DNA of 64,000 nt, taken from Planctomycetota bacterium. GTDB taxonomy: Bacteria > Planctomycetota > SZUA-567 > H5-PLA8. Of this stretch, positions 1 to 6,575 are shown in pieces. The first letter of the stretch is position 1. Every line of letters begins with the position of its first letter. The DNA is taken from the NCBI GenBank assembly GCA_038227875.1, contig JBBRPR010000008.1, forward strand, positions 96,001 through 160,000. Reading direction: 5' to 3'. Both the position numbers and the translations under genes were made by a program. The notes below the pieces were generated by a model that saw only the letters and a list, made by a program, of their open reading frames with translations, was not told the origin of the DNA and searched no databases.

Positions 1-722
1 CCACAGGCGCGTACGCCCGGCGACCGGATGTTGCTCTCGCGTTCCCACGCGGGCCGGCCGAGCGGCCGGTCGTCGCGCTGAATCAGCAGGTTGAGCATCA
101 GCGTTTCGAAAAGCGTACGGCCCTTCAAGAAGACGGCCGTCTGCCCCACCAACGGAGCGTGCGTGAAATTGGGATGCTTGCCAAAGCGCGCGCTGCAGGT
201 GCCCGCTCCGCCACCCAGCGCGAAAGCCTGATTGGCGATCAGCGAGCGGGCTGCCGCTGCAAACGAGAGCAGGGGAGGCGCGTCGCCGCCGCCCAGGTGT
301 GTCGCAATTTCGACAGCGCCTTCGGGCGGCGCATCGGGCGTCAACTGCGAGGCATGTCGCGGAGTCGCCAGCTGGAAATTCGAGCACTGAAAGAAGGGCT
401 GAGTCGGATGGAAGAGATCAAAGCGTGTGCGCCAGAGCTCGATATAGTCTTCGATCTTCTGAATGGGGAAGTGTCGCTGCTGAAAGATGGAGGACCATTC
501 AGCGCTGGTGCGAGGTCCCTGCAGCGCACTGTGGAGCAGAGCCAGCAGCAGGCGGTATAGGCCCGTCTTCACGAGCGGCGAATCGCAGCTCAGATCGGAA
601 ATCGCATCGGCTTCGTGAAGAATTTCACGCAGGCTGTATTCCCGCCGAGTGTGCTCGCGCGTGACACAGGATAGCCAGGGTTCGTCGATCAGATTGAAGC
701 TGCGTGCGGTGGCGTTGACCAT
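1..722 (-). CDS. casA: Type I-E CRISPR Cascade large subunit CasA/Cse1/Cas8e, N-terminal ~240 aa (runs off the window edge)
   Basis: Manual translation from ATG at 722 (preceded by in-frame TGA), open to the edge: MVNATARSFNLIDEPWLSCV...SPLVKTGLYRLLLALLH...RFDLFHPTQPFFQ...AAARSLIANQAFALGGG...GRTLFETLMLNL...PAWE. The FNLxDEPW, FDLFHPxxPFxQ, GxxLFETLxLNL and PxWE blocks are characteristic of Cse1. Confidence 0.9.
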   Translation of the reverse strand, partial: MVNATARSFNLIDEPWLSCVTREHTRREYSLREILHEADAISDLSCDSPLVKTGLYRLLLALLHSALQGPRTSAEWSSIFQQRHFPIQKIEDYIELWRTRFDLFHPTQPFFQCSNFQLATPRHASQLTPDAPPEGAVEIATHLGGGDAPPLLSFAAAARSLIANQAFALGGGAGTCSARFGKHPNFTHAPLVGQTAVFLKGRTLFETLMLNLLIQRDDRPLGRPAWERESNIRSPGVRAC

Positions 723-802
723 TCAATGTCCCAAATAACCGTATGCAACGTGTAGCTAACCACATTCCACATTTATAAAAGACGTGTCACGTATTGATCT
801 GA

Positions 803-872
803 GAGTCCAGCGATAGACGTAAAATGTCTAAGATTAGACATCAAAAATATACAAGTGATCAGGATTGATCAC
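803..872. promoter_or_regulatory. Three phased palindromic operator/enhancer-like sites
   Basis: GAGTCCA-GCGA-TAGACGT (803-820), ATGTCTA-AGAT-TAGACAT (824-841, perfect) and GTGATCA-GGAT-TGATCAC (855-872, perfect). Centres are 21 and 31 bp apart. Confidence 0.55.
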
Positions 873-1098
873 GCTTTCAGGTGGTTCCTTTTCACCATGA
901 TGACCCACTTTTACGAATGTGCTGATGGTTAAAAGCCACACGTCCCATCCGTCGTTGTGGCGACGAACGTGGTCGAAATGGGAAATCTCACATGTGAACA
1001 TAATCGTGTTGTTACATGGGCACAGGACCGACTTAGCGAGCGGTTTTAGAGACACTGCGCGCCGCGTCAGACAGCCATCGCCCGGTGTGCATGCGACC

Positions 1099-1115
1099 TT
1101 GGCACAGCATTTGGT
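1099..1115 (+). promoter_or_regulatory. sigma54 (-24/-12)-type promoter for glnK-amtB
   Basis: TTGGCACAGCATTTGGT matches TGGCAC-N5-TTG(C>G). A near-identical copy lies upstream of the second amtB. Confidence 0.7.
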
Positions 1116-1256
1116 CTACTCCCTCTGTACTGACTCAAAAGCAGTGCGCCGAGCACAACGAAAAAACGCTGCGAAAGATCGCTGACTAGCCGGGCTGGTG
1201 TGGCCCGGTGACTGTGAACTCTTGTCTCTAAAGACGTAAAAAAAGGGAGATACCGA

Positions 1257-1601
1257 ATGAACTATGTGATCGCCGTCATCCAGCCGCCGAAGTTAGACGC
1301 AGTGCGTGAGGCGCTGACCAAGATTGGAATTTCCGGCGTCACAGTTTCAGACGCTCAAGGTTACGGCCGGCAGAAAGGCCACACGGAAGTCTACCGCGGC
1401 CACGAGTACGCCGTGAATTTTGTGCGCAAGGTCAAGCTGGAAATCGCCTGCGACGAACACCTGGTCGACAAGGTCGTCGAAGCGATCTCGACGTCAGCCA
1501 AGTCCGACGGCGGCAAGCTCGGCGACGGCAAGATTTTCGTCTTCGATCTCAAGGAAGTCGTGCGCATCCGCACCGGCGAACGCGGCGCGGGCGCCATCTA
1601 A
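1257..1601 (+). CDS. glnK: PII nitrogen regulatory protein
   Basis: T-loop GYGRQKGHTEVYRGHEY (Tyr51 kept), GDGKIFV, RIRTGE. Directly upstream of amtB; RBS GGGAG. Confidence 0.97.
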   Translation: MNYVIAVIQPPKLDAVREALTKIGISGVTVSDAQGYGRQKGHTEVYRGHEYAVNFVRKVKLEIACDEHLVDKVVEAISTSAKSDGGKLGDGKIFVFDLKEVVRIRTGERGAGAI

Positions 1602-1823
1602 AAGTCCTGCAGTTCAACCACGGCCCTTTTCAAGGAGGACTCGGGTATCGACGAAATCGCTGGACGTTGAAATGCAGGGCAAGTTGGAAAATTGTGTTCG
1701 TGTGTCCGTGTGAAGTTCATTGAAGTCAGACCATAAAAAGTTTTCGTACCGGGTTGATGGTCAAGTCGCGAACAGTCTGTGTCTGATTTGCGGCGGGGAA
1801 ACTCTTTTTTAGGAGCACTGTAA

Positions 1824-3626
1824 ATGAAAGGCAATCGTTTCGAGGGGGTAAGACTTTCTTTCAAAGAAAAGTTTTCCCGTCTTGGCGTCCGGCTACGGGA
1901 TCCGCAGTGGCGCAAGTACGGTGGGCTGTTGATCGCCGGTAAGGTCTTGGGCGTTGCGGCAGTGTTGGTGGCGATGATCGGCGTGCCGGCACTCGTGTCG
2001 CACACGCAGAAGGTCGTTGCACCGAAGGCGTATGCTGAAGAAGCGAAGCCCGAAGAAGCCAAGCCGGCCACACCGGCTCCGGCCGCGGCTCCCGCTGCAC
2101 CGGCCGCTCCCGCGGCACCTGGCGCTCCTGCTGCTCCCGCGGCCGCGGCTCCTGCCGCTCCGCCGGAAGGCACTCCGCCGGCCATGGACAAGCTCGCTGC
2201 CAGCGACATCGTCAATCCGTTGAACACCGTCTGGGTGCTCGTGGCCGCCTTCCTCGTCTTCGGCATGCAGGTCGGCTTCACGATGCTCGAAGCCGGCTTC
2301 TGCCGCTCGCGTGAAACGGTCAACGTGCTCGTCGAGTGCGTGTTCGATACCTGTCTGTGCGGTATCCTCTTCTACGCGTTCGGCTTTGCGTTCATGTTCG
2401 GCCACGGCAATGGTTTCATCGGCTGGGGCGACGGTACGCCGGGCAACACCTGGTTCTTCCTGAAAAATGCGCCGGCGACGTACGAAACGACGGGCGTGGC
2501 GTTCCTGGCCATCTGGATCTTCCAGTTCGCGTTCGCCGACACCTGCTCCACGATCACCTCCGGCGCGATGATTGGCCGCACGGGCTTCGTGGGCGACATT
2601 CTGTACAGTATCTGCGTCACGGGTTTCATCTACCCGATCATTGGACATTGGGCGTGGGGTCCGGACGGCTTCCTGTACACGATGGGAACCGCCGATCATT
2701 TCCTGCCTTCACTGGGCATGAATTTCCACGACTTCGCCGGATCGACAGTGGTGCACACCATCGGCGGCATGATCTCATTGGCCGGCGCGATCGTGCTCGG
2801 ACCGCGGTTGGGCCGCAAGTTCAAGCGTGACGGTGGCGCTCCGATGTTGCCCCATGATTTGACCATCGCCGTCAGCGGCGGTCTGCTCCTCTGGTTCGGC
2901 TGGTACGGCTTCAATCCCGGCAGCACGCTCAGCGCGATGGACATGGGCGGCATCGGCCGCGTCGCCGCGAACACCACGCTGGCCGCCTGCACCGGCGGTA
3001 TGGCCGCAGTCTTCTACATGTTCCTGCAGTCGAAGAAGTGGGACGCCGGCGCGATCACCAACGGCTTCCTGGCCGGTCTCGTCGCCATCACCTGCCCCTG
3101 CTACTGGGTGAGCCCGACGGGCGCGTGCATCCTCGGCGCCATCGCCGGTGTGATCGTCATGCTCGGCATCGAAGTGCTCGAATACCTGCGCATCGACGAC
3201 CCGATCGGCGCGGTTCCGGTCCATGGCATGTGCGGAATCTGGGGCACCATCTCGCTGGGTCTGTTCGCCAGCGGTGAATACGGCCTGGCCGCTCAGACCG
3301 GCGCCGACACGACCACCAAGTTCGCGGGTCTGTTCTACGGTGGCGGTACCAGCGTGCTGTACGCGCAGTGCATCGGCAGCGCCATTGTGACGCTCGCGTC
3401 GCTGGGCTCGGCCTTCGTGGTCATGTACGCGGTGAACGCCATGGGCGTGCTGCGTCTGTCCAAGGAGCACGAACTGTACGGTATGGACTTGGCCGAACAC
3501 GGCATCTCGGCTTACCCCGAGTACGTGATCGCGCCATCCGCTGCGCCTTCGGGCATGTCGCCTGAAATGGTCAACGCCGCTTCGCCGATGACGGCGAGTG
3601 CCGTGGCGCGCACCGCGACCGTTTAA
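1824..3626 (+). CDS. amtB: Ammonium transporter (Amt family) with N-terminal extension
   Basis: MQxGFxMLEAG, DFAGSTVVH, WFGWYGFNPGS, NGFLAGLVAIT, IDDP, PVHG and C-terminal GMDLAEHG. RBS AGGAG. Confidence 0.97.
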   Translation: MKGNRFEGVRLSFKEKFSRLGVRLRDPQWRKYGGLLIAGKVLGVAAVLVAMIGVPALVSHTQKVVAPKAYAEEAKPEEAKPATPAPAAAPAAPAAPAAPGAPAAPAAAAPAAPPEGTPPAMDKLAASDIVNPLNTVWVLVAAFLVFGMQVGFTMLEAGFCRSRETVNVLVECVFDTCLCGILFYAFGFAFMFGHGNGFIGWGDGTPGNTWFFLKNAPATYETTGVAFLAIWIFQFAFADTCSTITSGAMIGRTGFVGDILYSICVTGFIYPIIGHWAWGPDGFLYTMGTADHFLPSLGMNFHDFAGSTVVHTIGGMISLAGAIVLGPRLGRKFKRDGGAPMLPHDLTIAVSGGLLLWFGWYGFNPGSTLSAMDMGGIGRVAANTTLAACTGGMAAVFYMFLQSKKWDAGAITNGFLAGLVAITCPCYWVSPTGACILGAIAGVIVMLGIEVLEYLRIDDPIGAVPVHGMCGIWGTISLGLFASGEYGLAAQTGADTTTKFAGLFYGGGTSVLYAQCIGSAIVTLASLGSAFVVMYAVNAMGVLRLSKEHELYGMDLAEHGISAYPEYVIAPSAAPSGMSPEMVNAASPMTASAVARTATV

Positions 3627-3654
3627 GTTCGAGTCGTCTGTCTTCGGAGTACGG

Positions 3655-3688
3655 TGGGCCGGACGAAAGTCCGGCCCATCTCTTTTTT
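3655..3688 (+). terminator. Rho-independent terminator after amtB1
   Basis: TGGGCCGGAC-GAAA-GTCCGGCCCA followed by TCTCTTTTTT. Confidence 0.8.
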
Positions 3689-3749
3689 CAGACCTATCGG
3701 CTATAGTGGGTGCAGTGCACAGCCGCCCCAATTCGCAGGGAATCAACCC

Positions 3750-5159
3750 ATGGACCTCAAACAAAGACCAGCATACCTCCGCTACGGGGTGGCCATTGGC
3801 GCCGTGGTGGTCACGCTGGCGGTGACGCATCTCGTACCGTGGCTGGTGCGGCGCGAATCGCTGGTGCTCTTCTTTGGCGCGGTGACCTTCAGCGCCTGGT
3901 ACGGCGGACGAGGGCCGGGGTTTCTCGCCTGCGTGCTGGCGGCGATTGTGACCAACGTGCTGATCTACGAGCCGGCGTTCACCATCACGTGGAGCGCCGA
4001 AGCCATCATACCGCTGATGATCTTCATGGCGGTGGCCGCGTTGATCAGTTCGCTGACGGCCAATCTGGCGCGTTCCGAACGGCAATCGCGCGAGCACGAA
4101 GAACTGCTCGACGTCACCCTCAAATGCATCGCGGAAGCCGTGATCTGCACCGACAGCGCCGGGCGCATCACGTTTGTGAATCAGGCCGCCAAGGAGTTGA
4201 TCGGCCTCGACCCCAAAGGTCGCGAGATCACCGAGCTCTTTGAAAGTGAGCAGACAAAAAAGGAAGCGCTCCAGGCGCTGTTCCTGCGGCCGCTGCGTGA
4301 AGGCGCGGTCGGCGAAATTGGCGGACAGACGCGGCTGATCATCAGCCCCGCGCGACCGCTGGTGGAAGGCGCAGTCGCGCCAATCAAGGACGCCAACAAT
4401 CAGCTCAAAGGTTCGGTCATCGTCGTCCGCGACGTCACCGATCGCGAAAACGCCAAGTCGAAGATTCTCGACTACCAGGAACGTCTTCGTTCGATGGCCA
4501 CGCAACTGTCGCTGACGGAAGAACGCGGCCGTCGCGCCATCGCCACGGGACTTCATGATCGCGTCGGGCAGTCGCTGGCGCTCACGCGCATCAAGTTGTC
4601 GACCTTGCGCGACGACATCGGCGATCCCAAGCTGGCCGGGCAACTCGACGACGTCGTGCGTCTCATGCGCGATGTCCTGACCGAAATCAAAACGCTGACG
4701 TTCGAATTGAGCCCGCCGATTCTGTACGAGCTGGGACTGGACGCGGCCGTCGAATGGCTGATCGGCAATTTTCAAGGGCAGTACAAGCTGGAGTGCAGCT
4801 TCGAGCGCGAAGGCCCCGCCGAACGCCATTCGCAGGAAATGGAGATCGTGCTTTTTCAAACCGCGCGCGAACTGTTGACCAACATCGTCAAACACGCGCC
4901 CGCGGCGCATGCGACGCTGAAGCTGGTCAACGCGCACGATCGTGTCCGGCTCGTGGTCTCCGACGATGGCCCGCCAGTCCATCCGCCGCGCGCTCCGCTG
5001 GCGATCAATGCGGGGGGCGGATTTGGGTTGTTCAGCATCCGCGAGCGCATCTGCCACATGGGCGGTTCGTTCGAGCTGGGCGCGCCGCAGGGCCGCGGCA
5101 CTTGCGTCTCCGTCAGTCTGCCCGTTATAGTAAATCAAACCGCCCTGGGTTCTGCATAA
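3750..5159 (+). CDS. Membrane sensor histidine kinase (DUF4118/KdpD-type TM region, PAS, HisKA_3, HATPase)
   Basis: Four TM segments with SAWYGGRGPG, a PAS-like DSAGRITFVN, H-box IATGLHDRVGQ, N-box ELLTNIVKHA, DDG, GFGL. Start set at ATG 3750 because the longer ORF start overlaps the terminator. Confidence 0.88.
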   Translation: MDLKQRPAYLRYGVAIGAVVVTLAVTHLVPWLVRRESLVLFFGAVTFSAWYGGRGPGFLACVLAAIVTNVLIYEPAFTITWSAEAIIPLMIFMAVAALISSLTANLARSERQSREHEELLDVTLKCIAEAVICTDSAGRITFVNQAAKELIGLDPKGREITELFESEQTKKEALQALFLRPLREGAVGEIGGQTRLIISPARPLVEGAVAPIKDANNQLKGSVIVVRDVTDRENAKSKILDYQERLRSMATQLSLTEERGRRAIATGLHDRVGQSLALTRIKLSTLRDDIGDPKLAGQLDDVVRLMRDVLTEIKTLTFELSPPILYELGLDAAVEWLIGNFQGQYKLECSFEREGPAERHSQEMEIVLFQTARELLTNIVKHAPAAHATLKLVNAHDRVRLVVSDDGPPVHPPRAPLAINAGGGFGLFSIRERICHMGGSFELGAPQGRGTCVSVSLPVIVNQTALGSA

Positions 5160-5810
5160 ATGGCCATCCGCGTTCTGCTTGTTGAAGATCATAAAATCAT
5201 GCGCGAAGGTCTGCGCGCGCTGCTGGAACGCCAGAGCGATATTCAAATCGCCGCGGAAGTGGAGCGGGGGGGCGACGCGCTTCAGGCCGTTCGCGACAAC
5301 AAGCCCGACGTCGTGATCATGGATGTCGGCCTGCCCGATCTCAACGGCATCCAGGCGACGGAGCAGATTCTCGCGGAACTGCCGGGCACAAAAATCCTGG
5401 CGCTGACCATGCATGCCGAACGCGGGTACGTCAACGGGATGCTCCGCGCCGGCGCGATGGGATATCTGTTGAAAGACTGCGCCGCCGACGAACTCGTGCG
5501 CGCCGTGCGCGAAATTGTGGCGGGGAAGGGCTACATCAGTCCGGAAGTGACGCGCGATATTTTGAAAGACTTCTCCAAGCCCAATGCCGCGCCAGCGTCG
5601 ATAGAAGATCCGACGTTGAATGAAAAGGAAACGTCGGTGCTGCGCGGCATTGCCGAAGGCCAGAGCATGCACGATATCGCCAAGGGATTGGACCTGAGCG
5701 TCAAAACTGTCGAGCGTTACCGCGCGCAGATCATGGACAAGCTGCAGATTTTCTCCGTCGCCGAACTGACCAAGTACGCGATCCGCAGCGGGCTGTCCAA
5801 ACTCACGTAA
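5160..5810 (+). CDS. NarL/LuxR-family response regulator
   Basis: REC domain (VEDH, IMDV, YLLKD) plus C-terminal HTH (LSVKTVERYRAQIMDKL). Abuts the kinase stop codon. Confidence 0.95.
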   Translation: MAIRVLLVEDHKIMREGLRALLERQSDIQIAAEVERGGDALQAVRDNKPDVVIMDVGLPDLNGIQATEQILAELPGTKILALTMHAERGYVNGMLRAGAMGYLLKDCAADELVRAVREIVAGKGYISPEVTRDILKDFSKPNAAPASIEDPTLNEKETSVLRGIAEGQSMHDIAKGLDLSVKTVERYRAQIMDKLQIFSVAELTKYAIRSGLSKLT

Positions 5811-5819
5811 GAAAAGTTT

Positions 5820-5851
5820 GGCCCGGGTGATTTGAGCAAACCACCCGGGCC
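5820..5851 (+). terminator. Stem-loop after the response regulator
   Basis: GGCCCGGGTG...CACCCGGGCC 10-bp stem; weak U-tract. Confidence 0.55.
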
Positions 5852-6371
5852 GGCCAGCGTTTTGTCCCATGAAAGGCAATGCGCTTCCCGGGTTGGAAAA
5901 GCGTGAGCGGCTCCAGGGCTCGGGCGCCACGGCTGGCTGGGCGTATCCTCTTAAGAGCCACAATTGCGTATTACACTTTTGCAAATATAGATCCAAATGA
6001 GACAGTATCTAATCCATTTGCGACATTGTCTCGCAAAGTAATTCACATCGAGCTTGGAATGATTCCATAACATTCATCGTTTGAACAACTTGTCTAAAAA
6101 TTCAGACCACTCAAAATGATTCCGCTCAACTGCATTCGTTACTGTATCGAGTACGAAATGTCTGCTTTGGAGCAGAATAGAGCGTGAGTTCAGTGCTGAA
6201 ATTTGCGCTAAAGTGATCCAATATAGACAACTCGATGCGCGAAAGACACACCTATCGAGCGCTTGATATGTCCTACTTGAGTCAAAATTTAGAGATTGTT
6301 TTACTCCAACTCATCCGTAGCGAGGCGTATCGCGCGCTGTATAGCCTCGCGTGATGTCGCGGATGGAACTT

Positions 6372-6388
6372 TTGGCACACCATTTGGT
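6372..6388 (+). promoter_or_regulatory. sigma54-type promoter for the second amtB
   Basis: TTGGCACACCATTTGGT, 16/17 identical to 1099-1115. Confidence 0.7.
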
Positions 6389-6575
6389 TCTCTTGGATTC
6401 CGTTCGCACACGTGAACCACTGATGGTGCAACCGTTTGTCGACGAACAGCGGCACCGCTTCCTGACCACCTGAGAAGCATCAGGCTCAGGCGGTTCACGG
6501 AAGTACTCGGCGCAATGAATTCTAACGGACTGTTGGGGCGACACGGGACTCTTTCATCACAAGGAGAATGTTCGA

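Noticed and set aside
159..664. Plus-strand ORFs 159-560 and 299-664
   Set aside because: Antisense shadows of casA.
723..1256. Mini-array or crRNA-like guide next to casA
   Set aside because: No repeated ~29-bp unit or I-E-like hairpin found by eye. A highly degenerate one cannot be excluded without the cognate repeat.
5869..5880. ATGAAAGGCAAT identical to the amtB1 start (1824-1835)
   Set aside because: Chance 12-mer matches are expected in 64 kb, and the similarity does not extend.
2775..5996. 1073-aa minus-strand ORF and similar long antisense ORFs (e.g. 36201-38303, 38682-41234)
   Set aside because: They lie opposite well-supported genes, have no motifs, and are expected from high-GC codon bias.
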